Positions 16,625 to 24,829 of a DNA stretch of 45,527 bases are shown one piece after another. Both the position numbers and the translations under genes were made by a program. The notes beneath the pieces are model-generated. The model did not search any database. It was not told the origin of the DNA and saw nothing but the letters and a program-made list of their open reading frames with translations. Position 1 is the stretch's first letter. Each line of letters begins with the position of its first letter. The DNA is from Nitrospiraceae bacterium. Lineage in GTDB: Bacteria; Nitrospirota; Nitrospiria; Nitrospirales; Nitrospiraceae. The stretch covers positions 62,001-107,527 of the forward strand of contig JBBIQV010000005.1 of assembly GCA_037442105.1 (NCBI GenBank). Reading direction: 5' to 3'.

Positions 16625-17254
16625 GTGAAACGACGAACCATGTTGTTTGTCTGCGGAATGAGCCTATTGACCTTGGTCGGCTGCGCCGGCAAGGGAGAAG
16701 TGGTGATGGTGAACATCCCCGCAGAACAGCCTGCCGCAGTCTCCACCAGCGTGACGCCTCAGGGACTGCGTGTTGCGGTGGAGACGTTTGAAGATTCGCG
16801 GCAGACCAAGGCCCGCCTCGGAACCCGATCGCATCTGTGGGGCGGCGAAAGTCACTTCGACGTTCCCGGTGGATCATCAAGCGACGCCGCGACGCAAGCC
16901 CTGGTCCGCTATCTGAACCGTCATGGCTGGCAAGCTCGGGTGGTGAAACCCGGAACCGCATTGAGCGGCGCGGACCTGACGATTTCGGGCCATCTGCAGG
17001 CTCTTTCGGTTGACGCAAAAAGTCGTGTCGGCTCCACCAAGCTGACCACCACCAGCAAAATCACGATCCGCGCGCTGAACGGCGCCGACGGAAGCGCGGT
17101 GCGCATGACTCTGAACGGCGCCGGTTCCGACAGCGTGTTCTGGTTCGAGCCGAAGGACGCGGAGCAGCTCATCAATACGATGCTTGACGACAGTTTTGCC
17201 CGGCTTTTCCAGAGCACCAAAGTAGAGGGCACCGTGCTCAGGCTTCGCGATTAA
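16625..17254 (+). CDS. Lipoprotein, YajG-like/uncharacterised (paralog of 14213)
   Basis: GAGGAGG RBS with GTG start; lipobox LVGC; shares CAGKG, GTRxHxWGG, VVKPGT, ADGSxVRMTL and GSDSVFWF with 14213. Confidence 0.8.
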   Translation: MKRRTMLFVCGMSLLTLVGCAGKGEVVMVNIPAEQPAAVSTSVTPQGLRVAVETFEDSRQTKARLGTRSHLWGGESHFDVPGGSSSDAATQALVRYLNRHGWQARVVKPGTALSGADLTISGHLQALSVDAKSRVGSTKLTTTSKITIRALNGADGSAVRMTLNGAGSDSVFWFEPKDAEQLINTMLDDSFARLFQSTKVEGTVLRLRD

Positions 17255-17291
17255 GATGAGGCGATCACCATTCCAACTCGGGAGGCACTCC

Positions 17292-17375
17292 ATGGCGACG
17301 AAACGGAAGGCAGGGGCAAAGAAGGCCAAAAGGAAAACCGCTGGCGGGATGAAGAGGAAAAGGAAAAAGAAATAG
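17292..17375 (+). CDS. 27-aa Lys/Arg-rich micropeptide (not in ORF track)
   Basis: GGAGG RBS 6 nt before ATG; MATKRKAGAKKAKRKTAGGMKRKRKKK*. Confidence 0.65.
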   Translation: MATKRKAGAKKAKRKTAGGMKRKRKKK

Positions 17376-17397
17376 CCCGCCGAGGAGGTAGCCCGCC

Positions 17398-17676
17398 ATG
17401 TCAGAACATACCGATTTCGTTGCGGTGCAGTACCCGAGGGGGGCCACGGCCCTGGTCTGGTTCGATCTGGCCACCGGGACGGTGGCGACAAGCCATGCCG
17501 GATTGCAGGTCACCTTGCGGCAAGGAGTGAAGGACTGGGCAGGTCATGTCGTCCACCCGCACGAGGGGCCTGTATTTCTCTCCGCCGTCTACGACCACTT
17601 CTTTCTCAGCGGGTATCCCGTCCGCTGGCTCCGTGTCTCAGGCCTGAAAGGGGTCCAGAACACCTATCGTGTTTAG
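17398..17676 (+). CDS. Hypothetical protein
   Basis: GAGGAGG RBS; globular-looking 92 aa within the operon. Confidence 0.7.
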   Translation: MSEHTDFVAVQYPRGATALVWFDLATGTVATSHAGLQVTLRQGVKDWAGHVVHPHEGPVFLSAVYDHFFLSGYPVRWLRVSGLKGVQNTYRV

Positions 17677-17692
17677 GACGGAAGCGGTCGAC

Positions 17693-18079
17693 ATGGCTCC
17701 CTTCACAGCGTGGCTGCCGGCTCGTCCCAATCAAGACTTTGATCTCGTCATCAAGATTGTGGGACCTGCTGCATCGGGACTCCTGAAAGACTGGACGTTC
17801 ATCGCCCAATCGCTCATCCGGAAAGGGCTGTCGGTCATGACGCAACAGGGGCGGCTTAACGGTGAGTTCGGCGATTTCGTCCTGCATATTCGTATCGCCG
17901 CTCGGCCGTTCTTTTCGATGGGGCATGGTTGCGACGTGCTGGTCCATTTGAGCGACACCGCCCCGGAGTGCCGGCGCTTCGGACTTCAGCCCGGAAGTGT
18001 GCTGCTGTGGGATCCGCTGCCTGATCGCCGATCGCTCCCGATCCTGCCCGATGGCGTGATCGCCTATGGGGCGCCCTTT
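17693..18079 (+). pseudogene. Truncated POR-gamma-like domain (N-terminus of a KorA/PorG-type 2-oxoacid oxidoreductase subunit)
   Basis: DLVIKIVGPAASG...HIRIAARPFFSMGHGCDVLV...LQPGSVLLWD...YGAPF; the rest of the ORF reads out of frame through a PorD fragment. Confidence 0.6.
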
Positions 18080-18080
18080 G

Positions 18081-18326
18081 ATGGGGAAGCTTGTCCCGGA
18101 ACAGCAAGCCGTCCGCGAGTCGAAGGTTGTCAGAGCCTTGGCGGAGGCCGTTCCGGCGAAGCTGATCCCCATGGCGGATTACCGGCCGAAGTATCCGAAG
18201 ATCATTGCGGAGAAGGAGATCAGCCCGAATCACCCGAACTTGACCATCTGGAAGAACAAGATCGACGTCTGTCTCTTCGTCGGCGTGCATTGCCACCAGT
18301 CCAACCTCGCTTTCTACTGGCTCTAA
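18081..18326 (+). pseudogene. Second PorD/ForD-like fragment, internally deleted and truncated
   Basis: IPMADYRPKYPKI...SPNHPNLTIWKNKIDVCLFVGVHCHQSNLA, then a premature stop; lacks the NPTIFPGP segment present in the 11880 copy. Confidence 0.75.
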
Positions 18327-18493
18327 GCCAGCGAGAGTTCCCCATCTGGAAGGATGGGGCTGAGAGCATGGAGCCGCGAGGCGGCTCATGCGAAGCATGT
18401 AACAAGAGAAACCACGGCTGTCAGGCCGTAGTTCTTCATTCGAGCGAATTTGCAAAAAGGCCACTCGAAATCTAGACTGGCTCCAAGGGGATA

Positions 18494-18874
18494 ATGCGTA
18501 CAGACGGAACCAAGATGGACAACGACAAACCATGGTTGAGAATTCCAGATGGCACGATGGTGTTACACCGGTCCGATAACAAACCAGCAATTATTGACGG
18601 TCTGACCGAATTAGTCGACTCCGGGTCCATGAATCCAGACGGCCGGACGCAATATCGCCTCGATGTCGGTTCGAGCGTTCGAAGGCTTGCAGGCGAGGAC
18701 GAGTTGTTGATCGTAGTGGATGAGAATGGGCTGGTTGTAATGCCGAAACAGTCGCTCGGTTATCGCCAATACGTGACGGCGCGGCTCCATCACGTGTTTC
18801 AGGGCAATAGATTTATCATCCGTACCATGAACAGGCCTAAGGACCGGCGGAATCTTATTCTACCTCCCCCTTGA
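18494..18874 (+). CDS. Hypothetical protein
   Basis: 126-aa ORF with a beta-rich N-terminal part (WLRIPDGTMV...NPDGRTQYRL); start may be 18515. Confidence 0.65.
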   Translation: MRTDGTKMDNDKPWLRIPDGTMVLHRSDNKPAIIDGLTELVDSGSMNPDGRTQYRLDVGSSVRRLAGEDELLIVVDENGLVVMPKQSLGYRQYVTARLHHVFQGNRFIIRTMNRPKDRRNLILPPP

Positions 18875-19187
18875 CTGCTTGAACTGTAAGAGTCAGCCGT
18901 GTGTTGGCAATTCGGGCTGTAGTGCGCGCGGTCGTTGTCCCTGTCTCTTTTAGCATGCGCCCGGGCACTCTAGCACCCATCGCTCGTACCAGGGTACAGA
19001 TGAAGTGCGCGAGCGGCATTACACCCACCTCCGGGGCTGAAAACTGCGGGCGAACGTGAGGAGCAAAGCACAAGATGCTATGGGTGCGCGGAATGGCGAT
19101 AGGAACAAATACCGGCAGCTGATGTGCCCAGGTTCAAGGAGAGGGGCTGCTTTCCCCAGAGGTTGTGCGGCGATGGCAAGGAAAATC

Positions 19188-19280
19188 TGGCGGAGAGGGC
19201 GGGATTTGAACCCGCGACAGAGCTTTTGGCCCTGTGACGGTTTAGCAAACCGTTGCCTTCGGCCACTCGGCCACCTCTCC
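19188..19280 (-). tRNA. tRNA-Ser (GCT)
   Basis: GGAGAGGTGGCCGAGTGG...ACGGT-TTGCTAA-ACCGT, long variable arm, GGTTCAAATCC, CCA end; 93 nt. Confidence 0.97.
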
Positions 19281-19520
19281 GGACAGTCTGTTTATTGGGG
19301 GGAGCCTGTAAAGATTCCTTTGCCTAGGATTATGTGGGATAGGTACGCTCGCATGCATACATGCGAGGTGCGCATCTTACCTCAGAGAGAGAGAGGCGTA
19401 CAAGAGATTCAACGTGTCTTAAATCTTATCAGCGAAGGCGATGATCAAACGTCGGTTCAACAGCCTGTACGAACGACAGTGGCTGGTAGCTTCCCGAGAA
19501 GAGTAGCGGTGTCTTTCAAC

Positions 19521-19904
19521 CTAGTACACTCTACGATGGGATGAATAGGCTTTTTCCGGCCCCCATTGAAGTTCGGCCAGGAGCCAGCGTTGAATGAAGA
19601 GTATCCCTTCGGAAACGGCACGCAATCGCTGTGCGATGGGCTTGCTCCATTCTCGCCAGCTGTCCAAACGGGTGGCGGTTGAAGTGAGGTATGAGGCAGT
19701 CACATCATGGCGAGGTGTTTCTTCTGAGGATGTGAAGCTTCGATCAGCCTCAATAACGGTCTGGTACCGGAACTCGACATGGACAGGACGAATGACCCCA
19801 CTCGCAGCCATGAGTTGCAGCGCTTTCAGTTTGGCTCGTGCTCGTTTTCTTCGCACATGCCATTGGGACCAAACCGGTCGCCCGTCGAGATGTGTGTCTG
19901 CCAT
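19521..19904 (-). CDS. Hypothetical protein
   Basis: GGAGG RBS before ATG 19904 (MADTHLDGR...). Confidence 0.5.
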   Translation of the reverse strand: MADTHLDGRPVWSQWHVRRKRARAKLKALQLMAASGVIRPVHVEFRYQTVIEADRSFTSSEETPRHDVTASYLTSTATRLDSWREWSKPIAQRLRAVSEGILFIQRWLLAELQWGPEKAYSSHRRVY

Positions 19905-20050
19905 TGGTAGTTCCTCCGGAAGGTTTGCAGGAAGTGGGAAAAGTCCTTTTGCTTCGTTCCCTGCTTGTGCAGCAATCGACACGGTGCAGTTGACATGTCG
20001 TTTGCCCAGGGGGGATTTCCTGACGGCCAAGAGAGCGTCTCGGCCTCTCC

Positions 20051-20251
20051 TTACATCCAGAGAATGCGGCCAAGTTCCTCATCGAGCTCCCTGGGTTTCT
20101 GGCACCGGCTGCAGCGGGCGAAGAGTCCCCCAGAGTCCGGGGTGAGGTTGCATCGGAGGACCAATTGATATTTGTGTCCGCCGCAGAAGGGACACGCTTT
20201 GCCCCTTAGTTCTCGCCTGATCGCCCCGATTTTCCCAACCTGCTTGTGCAT
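20051..20251 (-). CDS. Small zinc-ribbon protein
   Basis: GGGAGG RBS; CPFCGG...RCSRC. Confidence 0.65.
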   Translation of the reverse strand: MHKQVGKIGAIRRELRGKACPFCGGHKYQLVLRCNLTPDSGGLFARCSRCQKPRELDEELGRILWM

Positions 20252-20530
20252 TGGTGCCTCCCTTCGCTGGTACTGTGGTCTGGCGGTGGTGGACCAAATT
20301 CTGTGTTCCGCTTTTGAGGACATCTCTTCGAGCCTGTAGCTGAACCATAAGCCAACCTCAGGCGCGTGAAAATACCAATGAGGTAGGTGTCGGGATATTC
20401 AAAAGGAGGGGTTGCCTATTCCCCAAATGAGTGAGGAGGTAATGGGCGAAGTGAGAAGGAGGTATGTGCTTTGAAGCAGAGCCGCTCGGACTATCAACAA
20501 GATAGGGCGGGTAAGGTTAGGCAGGATAGG

Positions 20531-20938
20531 CTACACGTGGCCTTGGGCCTTACGGAGCTGATGCAGGTGGACTGCGACCCGAACTTTTTCGAGGATTTTT
20601 TCCCGCGTGGACGGTTTGCGCAGCCAGTCGGTCACGCCCTGCTGAATGAGTACCTCGGTCAGCACGAAATCGGTGGCCCCGCTCAATATAATAATGGGGA
20701 CCATGGGATAAGCCGTCTTGAAATGGGCGATCAGCTTCGCCCCGTCCATGCCAGGCATCTCAAGATCGGTCAGTAAGGCATCAACCTTGCTCGCATTATC
20801 ATCCGTGCTCATCAGCTTGATAGCTTCGTCTCCATTACTGGCCATGACTGCATCGTAGCCAGCTCGGTTGAGGATAATGCGCACGGTTTCTCTGATGGTG
20901 ATATCGTCATCGACGATCAGGATGCGGCCGAGAGACAT
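20531..20938 (-). CDS. Single-domain response regulator (CheY-like)
   Basis: ILIVDDD, TDLEMPGMDG, IIILSG, LRKP. Confidence 0.92.
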   Translation of the reverse strand: MSLGRILIVDDDITIRETVRIILNRAGYDAVMASNGDEAIKLMSTDDNASKVDALLTDLEMPGMDGAKLIAHFKTAYPMVPIIILSGATDFVLTEVLIQQGVTDWLRKPSTREKILEKVRVAVHLHQLRKAQGHV

Positions 20939-21032
20939 ACAATGGATCTCCGAACTGACGATTCAACCCGGAACGGGACCTTCTCCTGTCATGTAAGGCA
21001 TTGCCGCTCCAAGGGTCTGGTCAAACATGGTA

Positions 21033-21122
21033 TGGCGGAGGGGGTGGGATTTGAACCCACGGTCCAGTTGCCCGGACTCCGGTTTTCAAGACCGGCACGT
21101 TCGGCCACTCCGTCACCCCTCC
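21033..21122 (-). tRNA. tRNA-Ser (TGA)
   Basis: GGAGGGGTGACGGAGTGG...CCGGT-CTTGAAA-ACCGG, long variable arm, CCA end; 90 nt. Confidence 0.97.
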
Positions 21123-21199
21123 GAGCTTGAGGTTCAGGTTGAGGTTAAGGCTGAGTGCCTTCTTGATAACGACTCAACCTTAGCCTGAACCTCAGCCTC
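21123..21199. repeat. Inverted array of 6-bp tandem repeats (AGGTTN.../...NAACCT) forming a hairpin
   Basis: tgaggt-tcaggt-tgaggt-taaggc-tgagt ... actcaa-ccttag-cctgaa-cctcag-cctc; second copy at 42098-42155. Confidence 0.8.
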
Positions 21200-22481
21200 G
21201 TCCCGTGATCCGCTCCACTCCTCCCATATAGAATCTCAACGCTTCTGGAATCACGACCGACCCGTCCGCTTGCTGGTAGTTCTCCAGAATGGCGACGAGG
21301 GTTCGCCCCACCGCCAAGCCTGACCCATTGAGAGTGTGAACGAACTCGGTTTTCGCGTCTTTATTATTGCCGGTCCGGCGATATTTGATGTTTGCTCGCC
21401 TGGCCTGAAACGCTTCGAAGTTGCTGCACGACGAGATCTCGCGATACAGATCCTGCGAAGGCAACCACACTTCGATGTCGTACGTTTTTGCGGCTGAGAA
21501 TCCCAAATCGCCTGTGCAGAGCGTCACGACTCGGTAGGGCAGGCCGAGGTTCTGCAACACCGTTTCGGCATGGCCGGTCAGTCGCTCCAGCTCGTCATAC
21601 GATCGATCCGGCGTGGTAAAGGCGACCAGTTCCACCTTATTGAACTGGTGGAGCCGGATCAGACCGCGCGTATCTTTCCCGTAGGACCCCGCTTCCCGAC
21701 GGAAGCAAGGCGTGTAGGCCGTGTACCGGATCGGCAACTTGCCTCCGTCGAGCAGTTCCTCGCGATGGAGGTTCGTCACCGGCACCTCGGCTGTCGGGAT
21801 GAGAAAGTAGTCCTCGTCGCGGAGCCGGAAGAGATCCTCCTCGAATTTGGGAAGCTGTCCCGTGCCCGTCATCGCGGCCCGGTTCACGAGGAACGGCGGT
21901 AGCACCTCATGATAACCATGTTGGCTTGTGTGGAGATCCAGCATGTAATTGATGAGCGCGCGCTCCAACTTGGCCCCGAGGCCGGAGAGGACGGCGAATC
22001 GCGCGCCGGCGATTTTCGCGGCGCGGTCAAAGTCGAGAATGTTGAGCGCCTCGCCGATGTCCCAATGGGAGCGAGGCCTTCCAACAAACGTCGGCGGAGT
22101 TCCCCATCGGCGCACCTCGAGATTGTCATTGCTGTCCCGGCCTACCGGTACCGAGGCGTGCGGCAAGTTGGGAATGCGCAGTGCCAAGTGGCTCACCCGC
22201 TCTTCCAGCCCGCGCAGTTCCTCATCCATGGTCTTAATACGATCGCCCAACGTTTTCATGGCGGCCACCGCCTCATCCACCGGCTGTTTTGCGTGTTTGA
22301 GCTGGGCGATTTCGTCGGATCCTTTCTTGAGCTGAGAGCGAAGCTGCTCGACCTGGGCGTTCATGCCGCGGCGCTCTTCGATCAACTTGCCGAGGTCGTC
22401 CCACGCGACGTCGGCGCCACGTGGCCCGAGTTGCGCTCGAACAGCGTCCAGATTTTCTCGAAGATAGCGTAGCTCGTACAT
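21192..22481 (-). CDS. serS: Serine--tRNA ligase
   Basis: [65 protein letters not shown]. Confidence 0.98.
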   Translation of the reverse strand: MYELRYLRENLDAVRAQLGPRGADVAWDDLGKLIEERRGMNAQVEQLRSQLKKGSDEIAQLKHAKQPVDEAVAAMKTLGDRIKTMDEELRGLEERVSHLALRIPNLPHASVPVGRDSNDNLEVRRWGTPPTFVGRPRSHWDIGEALNILDFDRAAKIAGARFAVLSGLGAKLERALINYMLDLHTSQHGYHEVLPPFLVNRAAMTGTGQLPKFEEDLFRLRDEDYFLIPTAEVPVTNLHREELLDGGKLPIRYTAYTPCFRREAGSYGKDTRGLIRLHQFNKVELVAFTTPDRSYDELERLTGHAETVLQNLGLPYRVVTLCTGDLGFSAAKTYDIEVWLPSQDLYREISSCSNFEAFQARRANIKYRRTGNNKDAKTEFVHTLNGSGLAVGRTLVAILENYQQADGSVVIPEALRFYMGGVERITGRG

Positions 22482-22629
22482 AAACGAGTGATGTCGGAAG
22501 GCGCTGAAATCTAGCACCTGGTCTGGGGTTAGTCAATCGAGCGTCGTCGCTCTCTCGGCCGGCGAACCGGACCGACAGAACCCGCCCTCCAGTTGACAAG
22601 GCCGGTTCTGACGAGGGAGCATACCAGTC

Positions 22630-23643
22630 GTGCGTCTTATCACCAATCCACCCAATCCCTTCGATTCCCAGCATCGCGAGCTGCTGGAACCAGCTCCGGC
22701 GGCCAAGCTGGTCGTGTACGAAGACACCACCCGAGAGATCCTGAGCCGCAATGAGAGCCCCGACCTGCCCTTTCGTTGGAGCCTGAATCCCTATCGAGGG
22801 TGTTTCCACGCCTGCGCATACTGTTATGCTCGTCCGTCGCATGAGTATTGGGGCTTCGGAGCGGGGACGGACTTCGACACCAAGATTATCGTAAAAGAGG
22901 ATGCGCCGCTGCTCTTAAGGCGCACATTTGACAGACCATCCTGGCGCGGTGAGCTGATCGTTTTCTCCGGCAACACAGACTGCTATCAGTCGCTGGAGGC
23001 ATCCTACGGATTAACACGCGCGTGCTTGGATATCTGCGCCGAGTACCGAAATCCGGTCGGGATCATCACCAAGGGAGTGCTGGTGCTCCGCGATGGCGAT
23101 GTGCTTAGGCGTCTGCGGGAGGAAGCGTGGGTCCGCGTGTACTTCAGTATTCCCTTTTCATCAGACGACATGGCGCGGAAAGTGGAACCCCATGCGCCAT
23201 CGACGACGAAACGATTCGAGGCCATGAAGGCGTTGGCCGAGGCGGGCATCCCAACCGGTATTTCGATCGCGCCGATCATTCCCGGCTTGAATGATGAGGA
23301 TATCCCGGAGCTGCTGGCTCGAGCACGTGAGGCCGGCGCTCGAACAGCGACCTTCGTCCTGCTTCGTTTGTCCGGTAGTGTCGAGCCGGTATTCCTTGAG
23401 CGGATGAAGGAGGCATTCCCTGAGCGCATTGCCAAAATCACCAACCGGATTCGTGAGGTACGCGGTGGCAAGATGACGGAAGGGGACTTCTTCAAACGAC
23501 ACCAGGGAACCGGAACCTATTGGACTATGATTGAGCAACTGTTCGACGTAGCCCGGCGCAAAGCGGGATTTTCCGATGAAGAGACCGGCCCGATTCAACA
23601 GACGTTCCGACGGCCTGGTGTCGAGCAAGGGGTCTTGTTCTGA
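22630..23643 (+). CDS. PA0069/SplB-like radical SAM protein
   Basis: NESPDLPFRWSLNPYRGCFHACAYCYARPSHEY, SGNTDCYQ. Confidence 0.9.
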   Translation: MRLITNPPNPFDSQHRELLEPAPAAKLVVYEDTTREILSRNESPDLPFRWSLNPYRGCFHACAYCYARPSHEYWGFGAGTDFDTKIIVKEDAPLLLRRTFDRPSWRGELIVFSGNTDCYQSLEASYGLTRACLDICAEYRNPVGIITKGVLVLRDGDVLRRLREEAWVRVYFSIPFSSDDMARKVEPHAPSTTKRFEAMKALAEAGIPTGISIAPIIPGLNDEDIPELLARAREAGARTATFVLLRLSGSVEPVFLERMKEAFPERIAKITNRIREVRGGKMTEGDFFKRHQGTGTYWTMIEQLFDVARRKAGFSDEETGPIQQTFRRPGVEQGVLF

Positions 23644-23655
23644 AGGGGGGACAGC

Positions 23656-24027
23656 ATGAAACACAATCCGGAATTCTTGAGATTGGTCGAACGGGTCAAG
23701 CAGCGTGTCAAAGAATGCACGGTAGCGGAGGTAAAAGCGAGGCTCGATCGGGGGGAGCGATTCCATTTTCTCGACGTGCGGGAAGACAACGAGTTCGCCA
23801 AGGACCATGCGCAGGGAGCCAAGCATCTGGGCAAAGGCGTCATCGAACGGGATATCGAGACCGTGGTTCCCCAGAAACACGATCAGATCGTCCTCTATTG
23901 CGGGGGCGGCTTCCGCTCGGCGCTCGCGGCTGATGCGTTGCAGCAGATGGGCTATACGAACGTGATCTCGATGGATGGGGGAATCAGAGCCTGGCGTGAG
24001 GCAGGATATCCGATAGAAAGAGGTTAA
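23656..24027 (+). CDS. Rhodanese-like sulfurtransferase
   Basis: LDVRE, LYCGGGFRSALAA, MDGGIRAW. Confidence 0.93.
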   Translation: MKHNPEFLRLVERVKQRVKECTVAEVKARLDRGERFHFLDVREDNEFAKDHAQGAKHLGKGVIERDIETVVPQKHDQIVLYCGGGFRSALAADALQQMGYTNVISMDGGIRAWREAGYPIERG

Positions 24028-24092
24028 TGGTCAATCGTCCGATGAAGATGGGTGTTTCTGAAGCCCGATGCCGCCAATGACCTGCCCCGGGG

Positions 24093-24653
24093 CTATTTGT
24101 TGACGCGATCGAATTCCTTAATGACCTGGTCGGTCAGATCGATTGCGTCCCTGTTATAGATGACGATCTTCACCGTGGCTTCGCTGCCTTTGTCGACCAC
24201 CAGCGCGAAACCGGCTTTCTCGGCCACCGTCTGGGTAGCCGTGGCAATTCTCTTCATGTAGTCGTCGATCAGCTCCTTTTGTTTGCCCTGTAACTCCTGG
24301 TTAAACTCCTGGGCACGTTTCTGATAGTCCTGAATCTTCGCACGGAACTTCGTTTCCATATCTTTCTTTTCCGACTCGCTCATCTTCGCGCTGCCCTCTT
24401 TGAGCGTTTTCTCGGTTGTCCGTAGTTCCTCCTCATCGCGTGAAAGGAGTTTCTGCCGGGTCGAAACATATTCGCGCAAACCGTCCAGCGCCCGTTTCCC
24501 GGCTTTGGACTTTTCCAGGACAGCCTGTGGGTCGATGACGCCCATCTTGAACGACTCGGCGGCATGGCCGGCCGTGGAAGCGGCTGAGAGCAACGATAGT
24601 GCAAGGGCGACGAAGGCCAGGTAGCAGAGAGGCCGCGCGGAGAGGCTCATCAT
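24093..24653 (-). CDS. skp: OmpH/Skp periplasmic chaperone
   Basis: Signal peptide, KMGVIDPQAVLEKSKAGK, coiled coil, IDLTDQVIK; AAGGAG RBS. Confidence 0.88.
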   Translation of the reverse strand: MMSLSARPLCYLAFVALALSLLSAASTAGHAAESFKMGVIDPQAVLEKSKAGKRALDGLREYVSTRQKLLSRDEEELRTTEKTLKEGSAKMSESEKKDMETKFRAKIQDYQKRAQEFNQELQGKQKELIDDYMKRIATATQTVAEKAGFALVVDKGSEATVKIVIYNRDAIDLTDQVIKEFDRVNK

Positions 24654-24711
24654 GTCTGTGACTCCTTTTTCCCGGTTGTAAAGCAGTGGAGAACGTTCAA
24701 GAAGCGCTGCG

Positions 24712-24740
24712 AGAATAGCTGCGACAGGGACCTGTGTCAA
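24712..24740 (-). promoter_or_regulatory. Sigma-70 promoter of skp
   Basis: TTGACA-N17-TATTCT on the minus strand. Confidence 0.65.
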
Positions 24741-24829
24741 GCACGCGTATAACGCAACATAGCCAACGGTGAATTGATTTCGGGAATGCTTGATCGCCTG
24801 GCGTGGAGGCGGGAGAGTTAATCGGCTGG

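Larger units (their letters stand above)
4615..19187. mobile_element. Accessory region / degraded genomic island between tRNA-Phe and tRNA-Ser(GCU)
   Basis: Bounded by tRNAs; has an att-like scar, a TA module, many small hypothetical paralogs and pseudogenes. No integrase gene seen. Confidence 0.5.

Noticed and set aside
4615..19187. Intact prophage or integrative element, or a duplicated tRNA-Ser 3' end
   Set aside because: No integrase, transposase, phage structural or conjugation genes were recognised, and no copy of the tRNA-Ser 3' end was found by eye at the left boundary.
19056..19544. 162-aa ORF (also 20942-21130)
   Set aside because: These overlap tRNA-Ser genes on the opposite strand; spurious.
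21033..21122. Long tRNA as possible tRNA-Sec
   Set aside because: The anticodon is TGA (reads UCA, Ser), not TCA, and the acceptor stem is a normal 7 bp.
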